64,000 nt of DNA. Origin: Bacteroides sp. (GTDB lineage: Bacteria > Bacteroidota > Bacteroidia > Bacteroidales > Bacteroidaceae). The stretch spans positions 300-64,299 of the forward strand of contig JAVBUC010000063.1 in the NCBI GenBank assembly GCA_031555765.1. The letters are read 5' to 3'. Shown here piece by piece: positions 48,936 through 59,205 of this stretch. The notes beneath the pieces are model-generated. The model searched no databases. It saw only the letters and a program-made list of their open reading frames with translations, and had not been told where the DNA came from. A program made the position numbers and the translations under genes. Position 1 is the stretch's first letter. Each line of letters starts with the position of its first letter.

Positions 48936-49666
48936 TGCTTTTCTTGTTTGTTGATTGTCTCTTCACAGAAAGTAGCCAGCCGCACGAAGCGTTGCTCCTT
49001 TTTATCTGCTGTGTGAGTGGACGAATAAACGTTCTTATTCGTTTTTTCGAAAGCTTTCATCTGCTTCTTTAGAGCAGGGAATATTTTGTTGAAGGAGCGT
49101 CGTTTGTTAACCTGGTGATACTTTCCTTGATACAGGATGTAATATTTCCGGATGGGGGAGAACTCTCGTTGTACCCTGTCGCTCGGACTGAGCATCTGGA
49201 AGCTGTACCGGCATAGCAGTTGCACATGGTCGCCACCGGACATGGCGATATAATACCCTGTCGGCAAACCGCTCCTGGCGGGAGGGGTGTGCCAGATAAA
49301 TGTCCTCCCGTGGAGCTCTATCTTTTTTATGGAGCGTGGGTTCACCACAATCCCGTGGTGAGCTTCCGGGGTAAGGATAATGAGTTGATCTTTATACAGG
49401 TCTATTTTTAGTTGCTGAGCCTGATAGGAGGTACGCTCGAAATACAGATTTCCGACGTGGTACTCCGGCGATTCGTAGAAGGGCTCATTGGAATAGAGGA
49501 AGGGATTGTAAATAGTTCCTACCTCGCCACTGTAAGCCAAAGCATTGTCACCGGCCCTATCTAAGTACTTCTTTTCAATAGAATTTTGCGAATACCCTGT
49601 GAGGAAACTGCTCAGAAGCAGTCCTAAGAGAATCATCCGATAACATTTGATTTGTTGAGTCCTCAT
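48932..49666 (-). CDS. Secreted hypothetical protein, first gene of the TBDR operon
   Basis: Signal peptide; stop overlaps the TBDR start. Confidence 0.75.
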   Translation of the reverse strand: MRTQQIKCYRMILLGLLLSSFLTGYSQNSIEKKYLDRAGDNALAYSGEVGTIYNPFLYSNEPFYESPEYHVGNLYFERTSYQAQQLKIDLYKDQLIILTPEAHHGIVVNPRSIKKIELHGRTFIWHTPPARSGLPTGYYIAMSGGDHVQLLCRYSFQMLSPSDRVQREFSPIRKYYILYQGKYHQVNKRRSFNKIFPALKKQMKAFEKTNKNVYSSTHTADKKEQRFVRLATFCEETINKQEKQ

Positions 49667-49804
49667 GTCTTTCTAGTATTTAAATAAAAAAGTCATTCAA
49701 AGGTAGTGATATTTTTTGATTTTTGTATAGCGAAAGTGTATCCTTTGTGTGTTTTGTTGTATTCTTAGCCTATATTGCTATACTTTTAGACTATCGTTGC
49801 ATTT

Positions 49805-49850
49805 CTCACCGGGATACAATGTACGAGATGTACATATGGTACAAGCCCCC
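49805..49850. repeat. Dispersed REP-like palindromic element (copy A)
   Basis: CTCACCGGGATA..ATGTACGAGATGTACAT shared with 61465-61518. Confidence 0.65.
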
Positions 49851-50054
49851 GTCAAGTGTAAAACGAGCTTCCTGAGAGAAGTAAAATATTTTACTTCCTG
49901 TAATCTGTTTATCTCCATTGTGATACTAATTTTCATGGATGAGTGCTGGTTGATAACAAAGAAACTTATTTTTATTGTTATTTCACTTCTTATTTATTAT
50001 GCGTGATGAACAATATTTCGTAACTTTGCCCACCAAATATAAAAGAGCAATTAA

Positions 50055-51578
50055 ATGTCTGATTCTAAAAGAATAAAAACCGCATTAGTATCGGTTTACC
50101 ACAAGGAAGGTTTGGACGAAATTATTACCAAACTGTATGAAGAAGGAGTTGAGTTCTTATCAACCGGTGGAACACGTCAGTTTATTGAATCGCTGGGATA
50201 TCCTTGCAAGGCTGTTGAGGACCTGACAAGCTATCCTTCTATATTGGGCGGTCGCGTGAAGACATTGCACCCTAAAATTTTCGGAGGAATCCTGTGCCGT
50301 CGCAACCTGGAACAGGATTTGCAACAGATCGAAAAATACGATATTCCGGAAATCGACCTTGTCATTGTGGACTTATATCCGTTCGAAGCCACGGTGGCTT
50401 CGGGAGCCGATGAGGCTTCTATCATCGAGAAGATCGATATAGGTGGTATCTCGCTGATCCGTGCAGCTGCCAAGAATTACAACGATGTGATCATTGTAGC
50501 ATCTCAATTACAATACAAACCGCTGCTCGACATGCTGATGGAGCACGGGGCAACTTCTTCACTCGAAGAACGTCGCTGGATGGCGAAAGAGGCTTTTGCC
50601 GTATCTTCGCACTACGATTCGGCTATCTTTAATTACTTCGATGGCGAAGATGGTTCGGCTTTCCGCTGTACGGCCAACGACCAGAAACCGCTTCGCTACG
50701 GTGAGAATCCGCACCAGAAAGGATACTTCTATGGCAACCTCGATGCGATGTTCGACCAGATCCACGGAAAAGAAATCTCTTACAATAACCTGCTCGATAT
50801 CAACGCTGCCGTAGAACTGATCGATGAGTTCGACGAGGTAACGTTTGCCATCCTGAAACATAATAACGCCTGTGGGCTGGCTTCGCGTCCGGTGCTACTG
50901 GATGCCTGGCAGGATGCATTGGCTGGTGATCCGGTATCTGCCTTCGGTGGCGTACTGATTACAAATGCTGTGATTGACAAGCCGACGGCAGAGGCTATCA
51001 ACGAGATCTTTTTCGAAGTGATCATCGCACCGGATTATGATGTAGATGCACTGGAAATCCTGGGACAAAAGAAAAACCGTATCATCCTGGTACGTAAGGA
51101 GGCTAAACAGCCTAAAAAACAGTTCCGCTCGTTGCTCAACGGCGTACTGGTACAGGATAAAGACTTGAATATCGAAACGCCTGCCGACTTGAAACAAGCT
51201 ACGGACAAGGCTCCGACGCAGGCAGAAATCGAGGATATGCTGTTTGCCAACAAGATCGTGAAGAACAGCAAGTCGAACGCCATCGTGTTGGCTAAAGGCA
51301 AGCAGTTGCTGGCCAGCGGGGTGGGACAGACTTCGCGCGTGGATGCCTTGAAGCAAGCCATCGAGAAGGCCAAATCGTTCAACTTTGAGTTGCAGGGTGC
51401 TGTCATGGCTTCGGATGCTTTCTTCCCTTTCCCTGACTGTGTGGAGATAGCTGGCAACGAGGGTGTGGCTGCAGTGATTCAGCCGGGTGGCTCGGTGAAA
51501 GACCAGCTGACATTCGACTATTGCAACGAGCATGGTATTGCCATGGTAACAACTGGTATTCGTCACTTTAAACATTAA
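50055..51578 (+). CDS. purH: Bifunctional AICAR transformylase/IMP cyclohydrolase
   Basis: GGRVKTLHP, IDIGG, LRYGENPHQ, KHNNACG, SDAFFPF, RHFKH. Confidence 0.98.
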   Translation: MSDSKRIKTALVSVYHKEGLDEIITKLYEEGVEFLSTGGTRQFIESLGYPCKAVEDLTSYPSILGGRVKTLHPKIFGGILCRRNLEQDLQQIEKYDIPEIDLVIVDLYPFEATVASGADEASIIEKIDIGGISLIRAAAKNYNDVIIVASQLQYKPLLDMLMEHGATSSLEERRWMAKEAFAVSSHYDSAIFNYFDGEDGSAFRCTANDQKPLRYGENPHQKGYFYGNLDAMFDQIHGKEISYNNLLDINAAVELIDEFDEVTFAILKHNNACGLASRPVLLDAWQDALAGDPVSAFGGVLITNAVIDKPTAEAINEIFFEVIIAPDYDVDALEILGQKKNRIILVRKEAKQPKKQFRSLLNGVLVQDKDLNIETPADLKQATDKAPTQAEIEDMLFANKIVKNSKSNAIVLAKGKQLLASGVGQTSRVDALKQAIEKAKSFNFELQGAVMASDAFFPFPDCVEIAGNEGVAAVIQPGGSVKDQLTFDYCNEHGIAMVTTGIRHFKH

Positions 51579-51592
51579 ACAAAGAATTAGAT

Positions 51593-52615
51593 ATGGGATT
51601 ATTCTCTTTTACGCAAGAAATCGCGATGGACTTAGGTACCGCCAATACCATTATCATAACGAATGGTAAGATTGTGGTAGATGAGCCTTCGGTAGTAGCG
51701 CTCGACCGTCGTACGGACAAGATGATAGCTGTGGGTGAGAAGGCTAAGCTGATGCACGAAAAGACCCACGAGAACATACGCACCATCCGCCCGTTGCGCG
51801 ACGGCGTTATTGCCGACTTCTATGCTTGCGAGCAGATGATGCGCGGATTGATCAAGCAGGTAAACAATAAAAACCGCCTCTTCTCTCCGTCACTCCGTAT
51901 GGTAATAGGAGTACCGTCGGGAAGTACGGAAGTAGAACTCCGTGCCGTACGCGACTCTGCCGAGCATGCCGGCGGACGTGACGTGTACTTGCTCTTCGAA
52001 CCAATGGCTGCGGCTATCGGTATCGGTATTGATGTAGAAGCTCCTGAAGGAAACATGATTGTTGATATAGGTGGTGGATCGACTGAGATCGCTGTGATTT
52101 CGTTGGGTGGTATCGTCTCGAACAACTCGATCCGTATTGCCGGCGATGACTTGACAGCCGATATCCAGGAGTACATGAGCCGTCAGCACAATGTGAAGGT
52201 CAGCGAACGTATGGCCGAACGTATCAAGATTAATGTAGGCGCAGCGTTGACCGAACTGGGTGACGATGCTCCCGAAGATTATATTGTACACGGTCCGAAC
52301 CGTATTACGGCGTTGCCGATGGAAGTGCCTGTTTGTTATCAGGAAGTGGCTCATTGCCTGGAGAAATCGATCTCAAAGATTGAGACGGCTATCCTGAGTG
52401 CATTGGAGAATACACCTCCTGAACTGTATGCCGATATCGTTCACAACGGAATCTATCTGGCAGGTGGTGGCGCTTTGTTGCGCGGACTTGACAAGCGTCT
52501 GACTGATAAGATTAATATCCCATTCCATATAGCCGAAGATCCGCTTCATGCAGTGGCCAAAGGTACGGGGATAGCATTGAAGAACGTAGATCGTTTCTCT
52601 TTCCTGATGAGATAA
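51593..52615 (+). CDS. mreB: Rod shape-determining protein MreB
   Basis: DLGTANT, IRPLRDGVIADF, DIGGGSTE, GGGALL. Confidence 0.98.
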   Translation: MGLFSFTQEIAMDLGTANTIIITNGKIVVDEPSVVALDRRTDKMIAVGEKAKLMHEKTHENIRTIRPLRDGVIADFYACEQMMRGLIKQVNNKNRLFSPSLRMVIGVPSGSTEVELRAVRDSAEHAGGRDVYLLFEPMAAAIGIGIDVEAPEGNMIVDIGGGSTEIAVISLGGIVSNNSIRIAGDDLTADIQEYMSRQHNVKVSERMAERIKINVGAALTELGDDAPEDYIVHGPNRITALPMEVPVCYQEVAHCLEKSISKIETAILSALENTPPELYADIVHNGIYLAGGGALLRGLDKRLTDKINIPFHIAEDPLHAVAKGTGIALKNVDRFSFLMR

Positions 52616-52633
52616 CGGATTCAGGGTATATCT

Positions 52634-53482
52634 ATGCGGAATCTACTGAACTTTTTAGTGAAATACAACTACTGGTTCCTCTTTATTATTTTAGAGGTAA
52701 CCAGTTTTGTTTTGTTATTTCGGTTCAATAATTACCAGGAAAGTGTTTATTTCACTTCGGCCAATGCTGTGGCGGGTAATATTTATGAAGTATCGGGCAA
52801 CGTGACTTCTTATTTTCACCTGAAGGCTATCAATGCCGATCTGTTGGATCGAAACATGGCTTTGGAACAACAGGTGGTCAATATGGAGAAGGCGTTGCTG
52901 GAACGTTCCATGGATTCAGCAGCAATCAATAGTATCCGGGACTTGTCGCAAACAGACTTCCATGTCATGAAAGCACAAGTGATTAATAACAGCCTGAACA
53001 GGGCGGACAATTACATCACGCTCGATAAGGGAAGCTCTTCCGGCATCCAACCCGAAATGGGGGTGGTCGACGGTAACGGAGTGGTAGGTATCGTTTATGA
53101 GGTTTCGCCTTCTTACGCCCTGGTTATCTCTGTGCTGAACAGTAAGTCCAGTATCAGTTGCAAGATCGTGGGAAGCGAGTATTTCGGTTACCTGAAATGG
53201 GAGCAGAGCGATCCCCGGTATGCTTACCTGAAGGACTTGCCCCGTCACGCGGAATTCAACCTGGGCGATACGGTGGTGACCAGTGGGTATTCTACCGTTT
53301 TCCCGGCAGGCATCATCGTGGGAACAGTAGATGACATGAAAGACTCTAAAGACGGGCTCTCTTATCAACTGAAAGTGAGGCTGGCCAGTGATTTCGGAAA
53401 GATAAGTGATGTGTATGTGATTGCCAGAGACGGGCGAGAGGAGCAGAAAGAGTTGGAACTTAAGGCAACGAAGCAGGAATGA
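52634..53482 (+). CDS. mreC: Rod shape-determining protein MreC
   Basis: ITLDKGS..GI, GVVG, GDTVVTSG..FPAGI; operon position. Confidence 0.95.
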   Translation: MRNLLNFLVKYNYWFLFIILEVTSFVLLFRFNNYQESVYFTSANAVAGNIYEVSGNVTSYFHLKAINADLLDRNMALEQQVVNMEKALLERSMDSAAINSIRDLSQTDFHVMKAQVINNSLNRADNYITLDKGSSSGIQPEMGVVDGNGVVGIVYEVSPSYALVISVLNSKSSISCKIVGSEYFGYLKWEQSDPRYAYLKDLPRHAEFNLGDTVVTSGYSTVFPAGIIVGTVDDMKDSKDGLSYQLKVRLASDFGKISDVYVIARDGREEQKELELKATKQE

Positions 53483-53976
53483 TCATAAACTATTTGCATA
53501 AGCTGGGCTGGTTTGTCGGACTGGTGCTGATTCAGGTATTAATCCTGAATCATATTCACCTTTTCGGATATGCCACGCCTTTTTTGTATGTCTACCTTAT
53601 CTTGAAAATCGAATCGGGGATTTCCCGTAACGGACTTATGCTTTGGGCTTTCTTTCTGGGACTGACTGTGGACATGTTCTCTAATACGCCGGGAATGAAT
53701 GCGGCGGCTACGGTAGCACTGGCCTTTTTCCGGCCGTTCATCCTTCGTCTGTTTACACCGCGTGACTTGCTCGAAAGCATAGTCCCATCATTCAAGGAAC
53801 TGGGTACCAGTAACTTCATAAAATATGTGGTGGCAACTGTCAGCATTCACCACCTGATACTGGGAACAATCGAATACTTCTCGTTCACCAGCATCTGGCT
53901 CTTGTTGTTGAGGGTAGTGGCTTGCTCCTTGTTTACCATCATTTGTGTTTTATCCGTTGAAGGAATAAGAAAATAA
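53479..53976 (+). CDS. mreD: Rod shape-determining protein MreD
   Basis: Hydrophobic, GLTVDMFS.TPG; lies between mreC and mrdA. Confidence 0.92.
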   Translation: MIINYLHKLGWFVGLVLIQVLILNHIHLFGYATPFLYVYLILKIESGISRNGLMLWAFFLGLTVDMFSNTPGMNAAATVALAFFRPFILRLFTPRDLLESIVPSFKELGTSNFIKYVVATVSIHHLILGTIEYFSFTSIWLLLLRVVACSLFTIICVLSVEGIRK

Positions 53977-53979
53977 CGC

Positions 53980-55827
53980 ATGGCAAAAGATTATTCATTG
54001 GAACGGCGCAAGTTTGTCATCGGCGGCATGGTGATTGTCGTGGTGGTGATATATCTGATTCGACTCTTCTCTTTACAGCTCCTGACGGACGATTACAAGA
54101 AGAATGCCGATAGCAATGCTTTTCTGAATAAGATTCAATATCCTTCGCGAGGTGCCATGTACGATCGTGCCGGCAAACTGCTCGTGTTCAACCAACCGGC
54201 TTACGATATTACGATTGTACCCAAGGAAGTGACCCGCCTGGATACACTCGATTTGTGTCAAACGTTGAACATCACCCGGACGCAATTCCTGAAAATAATG
54301 AACGATATGAGGGACCGACGCCGTAACCCGGGCTATTCCCGTTATACCAACCAATTGTTCATGTCGCAACTCTCGGCCGAGGAATGTGGCGTATTCCAGG
54401 AGAAACTGTTCAAATTCCCCGGCTTCTATATCCAACGGCGTACCATCCGGCAATACAACTATAACTCGGCAGCCCATGTGCTGGGCGACATCGGCGAAGT
54501 ATCAATGAGAGACATTGAGGCGGACGATTATTATATCCGTGGCGACTTTGTCGGTAAGCAGGGCATCGAGAAATCGTACGAGGAATACCTGCGCGGCGAG
54601 AAAGGGGTAGAGATACTTCTACGTGATGCACATGGACGTATTCAAGGGCGGTATATGGATGGACAGTATGACAAGAGCCCTGTTCCGGGTAAGAACCTGA
54701 CGTTGAGCCTGGACATCGAATTGCAGATGCTGGGCGAGCGATTGATGCAGAACAAAATTGGCAGTATTGTAGCCATTGAACCCGAAACGGGTGAGATATT
54801 GTGTATGGTCTCAGCTCCTAACTTTGACCCGCGCCTGATGATAGGGCGGCAACGGGGAAAGAATCACCAGATTCTGCAAATGGACCCGCAGAAGCCTTTA
54901 CTGAATCGTGCTATTATGGGAGCTTTCCCGCCTGGGTCTACCTTCAAAACGGCGCAAGCGTTAACATTCTTGCAGGAAGATATCATTCAGCCTTCTACCT
55001 CCTATCCATGTTCACACGGATTTAATTACGGGAGCCTGCATGTAGGCTGTCACGCGCATCCTGCACCATTATCCTTGATCCCGGCGGTAGCTACTTCGTG
55101 TAACTCTTATTTCTGTTGGGGGTTGTTCCGCATGTTTGGCGACCGTAAGTACGGGTCGCCACAAAAAGCCATTACCGTGTGGAAGGATCACATGGTATCA
55201 CAAGGGTTCGGAAATAAACTAGGAGTCGATCTACCCAGTGAGAAGCGCGGCTTAATTCCCAATGCCGAGTACTATAACAAACCTTACAATGGCCGTTGGA
55301 ACGGACTTACTGTCATCAGTATCGCCATCGGACAAGGTGAAATCACAGCTACTCCTTTGCAAATAGCCAATCTGGCTTCGACAATAGCCAACCGGGGATA
55401 TTATGTAGCTCCTCATGTCGTCAAGCAGATTCAGGGAGTCGAACTGGATAGCCTTTATCAGACGCGTCACTATACCACCATCGAGCGTAGACATTACGAA
55501 GAGATCGTGACGGGTATGCGGGCGGCTGTCACAGGAGGAACCTGCCGCTCGGGGGCTATTCCCGGTATCGAAGTGTGCGGTAAGACGGGAACGGCTCAGA
55601 ACCGTGGACATGACCACTCTGTATTTATGGGATTCGCCCCGATGGACAAACCTAAAATCGCTGTCCTTGTGTATGTAGAGAATGGAGGTTGGGGAGCCAC
55701 ATACGGTGTACCTTACGGCTCGCTGATCATGGAGCAATATTTGAATGGCAAGCTGTCGCCCGAAAGCGAAGCACGTGCCGAAGAGTTTAGTAACCGGATC
55801 ATTCAGTATGGTAGCCAGGAACGCTAG
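53980..55827 (+). CDS. mrdA: Penicillin-binding protein 2
   Basis: PGSTFK (SxxK), SCN (SxN), GKTGTAQ. Confidence 0.96.
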   Translation: MAKDYSLERRKFVIGGMVIVVVVIYLIRLFSLQLLTDDYKKNADSNAFLNKIQYPSRGAMYDRAGKLLVFNQPAYDITIVPKEVTRLDTLDLCQTLNITRTQFLKIMNDMRDRRRNPGYSRYTNQLFMSQLSAEECGVFQEKLFKFPGFYIQRRTIRQYNYNSAAHVLGDIGEVSMRDIEADDYYIRGDFVGKQGIEKSYEEYLRGEKGVEILLRDAHGRIQGRYMDGQYDKSPVPGKNLTLSLDIELQMLGERLMQNKIGSIVAIEPETGEILCMVSAPNFDPRLMIGRQRGKNHQILQMDPQKPLLNRAIMGAFPPGSTFKTAQALTFLQEDIIQPSTSYPCSHGFNYGSLHVGCHAHPAPLSLIPAVATSCNSYFCWGLFRMFGDRKYGSPQKAITVWKDHMVSQGFGNKLGVDLPSEKRGLIPNAEYYNKPYNGRWNGLTVISIAIGQGEITATPLQIANLASTIANRGYYVAPHVVKQIQGVELDSLYQTRHYTTIERRHYEEIVTGMRAAVTGGTCRSGAIPGIEVCGKTGTAQNRGHDHSVFMGFAPMDKPKIAVLVYVENGGWGATYGVPYGSLIMEQYLNGKLSPESEARAEEFSNRIIQYGSQER

Positions 55828-57265
55828 TATATGGAAATCTCTGGATTGGGTAACGATCATGCTTTACCTGATTCTGGTGATCTGCGGATGGTTCAGCGTC
55901 TGCGGGGCCAGTTATGAGTATGGAAGTCAGGAGTTTTTCGACTTTGCAACCCGCTCCGGTAAACAGGCTGTCTGGATAGTCTGCTCTTTTGGTTTGGCTT
56001 TTATATTGCTGATGTTGGAGGATCGGATGTATGATACGTTCGCGTACCTTATATATATAGGTATGATCCTGCTGCTGATTGTCACCATCTTTATCGCGCC
56101 CGATGTAAAAGGATCGCGTTCCTGGTTGCAGATGGGACCGGTCAGCCTGCAACCTGCCGAGTTTGCCAAGTTTGCCACGGCTCTGGCTCTGGCCAAGTAT
56201 ATGAGCTCTTATACTTTCAGCATACAGAAGTTTAAATACGCTTCTACAACCATAGCACTCATTCTTCTCCCTATGTTTCTGATTATCATGCAGAAGGAGA
56301 CGGGCTCGGCCTTGGTTTATCTGGCATTCTTCCTGATGCTGTACCGGGAAGGAATGTCGGGTGTGATTCTGTTTTCCGGTTTTTGTGCCGTGCTGTATTT
56401 TGTGGTGGGTATTCGTTTCGGCGAAGAATTTATAGGCGAAACGACGGCTTCTGTCGGTGAGTTTGCCGTACTGTCCATGATACTGCTGTTCTCTGCCGGT
56501 ATGGTAGGGGTGTATACCCGGCGATGGCCTCCGGTGCGTAATATATTAGGGGTATCCCTGTTAGGGCTTTTGGTGGCTTGGGCCGTATTCAAATACATTA
56601 CTCCCTTCAATCTGATGTGGGTGCTGTGGGGACTGTGTGCGGCGGCAATTGTCTACCTGCTTTATCTGTGGTTGCGCGAGCGGCAATATTCCTACCTGCT
56701 CATTGCCTTGTTTTCGTTTTGTTCCATCGGGTTCCTTTATTCCAGTGATTACGTGTTCGACAATGTGTTGGAACGTCATCAGCAGATACGTATTAAAGTC
56801 GTGTTGGGTATGGAGGAAGATCTGGCTGGTGCAGGGTACAATGTCAATCAGTCCAAGATAGCCATTGGCTCGGGTGGATTTGCAGGAAAAGGATTCCTGA
56901 ACGGTACACAGACCAAGCTGAAATATGTACCTGAGCAGGATACGGACTTTATCTTCTGTACGGTGGGCGAGGAGAAGGGCTTTGTGGGTTCTGCTACCGT
57001 ACTGGTTCTTTTTGTGCTGCTGATATTCCGGTTGATGCATGTGTCCGAGCGGCAGATCTCACCTTTCGGGCGGGTGTACGGCTATTCGGTGGTGAGTATC
57101 TTCTTTTTCCACCTCTTTATAAATATAGGTATGGTGCTGGGGTTGACCCCGGTTATCGGTATCCCGTTGCCGTTCTTTAGCTACGGCGGTTCTTCCTTGT
57201 GGGGATTTACCATCCTGTTGTTTATCTTCCTTCGGATCGATGCCGGGCGGACGCGCCGGCTTTAG
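55808..57265 (+). CDS. rodA: Rod shape-determining protein RodA (SEDS)
   Basis: QPAEFAK, GYNVNQSKIAIGSGG, PEQDTDFIF, PFFSYGGSS; start at ATG 55808. Confidence 0.96.
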   Translation: MVARNASIWKSLDWVTIMLYLILVICGWFSVCGASYEYGSQEFFDFATRSGKQAVWIVCSFGLAFILLMLEDRMYDTFAYLIYIGMILLLIVTIFIAPDVKGSRSWLQMGPVSLQPAEFAKFATALALAKYMSSYTFSIQKFKYASTTIALILLPMFLIIMQKETGSALVYLAFFLMLYREGMSGVILFSGFCAVLYFVVGIRFGEEFIGETTASVGEFAVLSMILLFSAGMVGVYTRRWPPVRNILGVSLLGLLVAWAVFKYITPFNLMWVLWGLCAAAIVYLLYLWLRERQYSYLLIALFSFCSIGFLYSSDYVFDNVLERHQQIRIKVVLGMEEDLAGAGYNVNQSKIAIGSGGFAGKGFLNGTQTKLKYVPEQDTDFIFCTVGEEKGFVGSATVLVLFVLLIFRLMHVSERQISPFGRVYGYSVVSIFFFHLFINIGMVLGLTPVIGIPLPFFSYGGSSLWGFTILLFIFLRIDAGRTRRL

Positions 57266-57273
57266 CACGTGGT

Positions 57274-57741
57274 TTATTTCTCTACGCGAACCCCGACATC
57301 ATGGATGCCGGTCAGCGTTTCATCTTTCATTCCCTGTGATACCTTGATGGTGTAATTGCCCGGATGGGCCGGTTGTACAGTACAGAACGGTACGCCCGAT
57401 TGGTACAGGTAGCCTGTGCCATTGCCTTGCCATCTTCCTTCCTCGTCGGCCAGTACGAAAGCGATCGTATCTGTTTTCCAGACGGTAGAGTCGGCAAAGT
57501 TATGGCTGACAAACAGGTACAGATCCTTGTAGGCATAGTTGTTCAGGTTGCGCACTTCGGTAGTCAGCCGGTAGGGGTGTAATGAGTCGTTGACAGATAC
57601 CTGGAAAAAGAGTGTATCACTCTTCCCCCACCCCTTGGAAGAGATGGTTTGGAACGAGTGATACACGGTATGTTCATTGCAGGCGGTTGCCAGCCAGGCG
57701 GTTGCCAATGCCAGGAAGCTGTGCCTGAGTAGTCTTTTCAT
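57274..57741 (-). CDS. gldH: GldH family lipoprotein
   Basis: Lipobox ATAC, GW.K.DTL.F, LADEEGRWQG.G, QGM...L.GI.DVG. Confidence 0.88.
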   Translation of the reverse strand: MKRLLRHSFLALATAWLATACNEHTVYHSFQTISSKGWGKSDTLFFQVSVNDSLHPYRLTTEVRNLNNYAYKDLYLFVSHNFADSTVWKTDTIAFVLADEEGRWQGNGTGYLYQSGVPFCTVQPAHPGNYTIKVSQGMKDETLTGIHDVGVRVEK

Positions 57742-57753
57742 CGGGCAGTTTTA

Positions 57754-59178
57754 TTACTCCTGTGCGTTGTCAGGGCGATTTTCATTATGGGGGCGCGGAC
57801 GTTGTTCGTTGCCTTGTCTCGGTTGCCCTTGACGCTGCTGCCCCTGTGGGCGCAGCGGTCTGTCTCCCTGCGGACGCTGCTGTCCTTGCGGACGTTGCGG
57901 CCTGTCACCCTGAGGTCTGTCACCCTGTGGATGACGGGGCTGTCCCTGGCGGGGTGGCCTATCGCCTTGCGGATGGTCGCCTTGTGGGCGCGGCTGTCTA
58001 TCATTCGGGTAGTTAGCTTGCCCGTTACCTCTTCCTTCGGTGCGCTGACCTTCCGGACCGTTCCTCCGCTTTTTCTTCCCGTTATTATTTCCGCCACCGT
58101 TCTTGTCTTTGCGGGTACGGTCGAAGCGGGTCAGGCTTTCCTGTTCTACCAGGTCGACCGGTTTGGCGATCTCCGTTTTATGTTGCTCTTCCGACAAGCT
58201 ATCCGGCTTGATACCTTTCTTGTTCAGGCCGATGATCTCGAAGGCGCGCTTGCCGCTGATGGTCACCAGATTGGCAGGTATGCCCTTACCCGTTGAATAA
58301 GAGATCTGGTTGCTCAGGATATCCGCTTTGAAGAAATAGTAAGTAGAATCCTTGGTCTCCAATTCGATTTCGCGCGAAGGCAATCGTTTCTGCGCTTCCA
58401 CGTAGCAGTCTACCTCGTAGTTGAGGCAGCATTTCAGCTTGGCACACTGTCCGGCTAGTTTCTGCGGGTTCAGGGAGATATCCTGGAAGCGGGCGGCACT
58501 GGTCGATACCGAGATAAAACTCGTCATCCACGTGGCGCAGCACAATTCACGTCCGCAGGGACCGATACCACCGATGCGACCGGCTTCCTGGCGGGCACCG
58601 ATTTGTTTCATCTCGATACGTATGCGGAATACTTCGGCCAATACCTTGATGAGTTGCCGGAAGTCCACCCGCTCATCGGCAATGTAGTAGAAGATGGCTT
58701 TGTTGCCGTCGCCCTGATACTCCACGTCGCCTATCTTCATATTCAGGCTCAGGTCGATGGCTATCTGCCGGGCGCGGATCATGGTGGCATGCTCCTTGCC
58801 TTTCGCCTCGTCGTACTTCTCCATGTCCACCGGTTTGGCTTTGCGGTACACCCGCTTTACCTCCGGCTCCGCTTTGAAGTTCGCCTTCCTCATCTGTAGC
58901 GGCACGAGTCGTCCGGTCAGTGTCACCGTACCGATGTCATGTCCGGGACTGGCCTCTACGGCCACGATGTCGCCTTTCTCCAGTTTCAGCTTGTTGCTGT
59001 TCTTGAAGTATCCCTTGCGGGTGTTTTTGAACTGAACTTCAACCATGTCGCTTTCCTCGGCATTGCCGGGAATGTCGGCCAACCAGTCGTACGTGTTCAA
59101 TTTGTTATCTTGCCGGGAGCAGCCTTTGCAGCAAAGTCCGTTGCTCCCACTATGCAGCTTGAAGTTTGAATCACTCAT
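57754..59178 (-). CDS. PSP1/RicT (YaaT) family protein with low-complexity C-terminal tail
   Basis: RVDFRQLIK, GGIGPCGRELCC, KLAGQCAKLKCCL. Confidence 0.9.
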   Translation of the reverse strand: MSDSNFKLHSGSNGLCCKGCSRQDNKLNTYDWLADIPGNAEESDMVEVQFKNTRKGYFKNSNKLKLEKGDIVAVEASPGHDIGTVTLTGRLVPLQMRKANFKAEPEVKRVYRKAKPVDMEKYDEAKGKEHATMIRARQIAIDLSLNMKIGDVEYQGDGNKAIFYYIADERVDFRQLIKVLAEVFRIRIEMKQIGARQEAGRIGGIGPCGRELCCATWMTSFISVSTSAARFQDISLNPQKLAGQCAKLKCCLNYEVDCYVEAQKRLPSREIELETKDSTYYFFKADILSNQISYSTGKGIPANLVTISGKRAFEIIGLNKKGIKPDSLSEEQHKTEIAKPVDLVEQESLTRFDRTRKDKNGGGNNNGKKKRRNGPEGQRTEGRGNGQANYPNDRQPRPQGDHPQGDRPPRQGQPRHPQGDRPQGDRPQRPQGQQRPQGDRPLRPQGQQRQGQPRQGNEQRPRPHNENRPDNAQE

Positions 59179-59205
59179 GCGTCTTAATGTATTATATAGT
59201 GAGCG

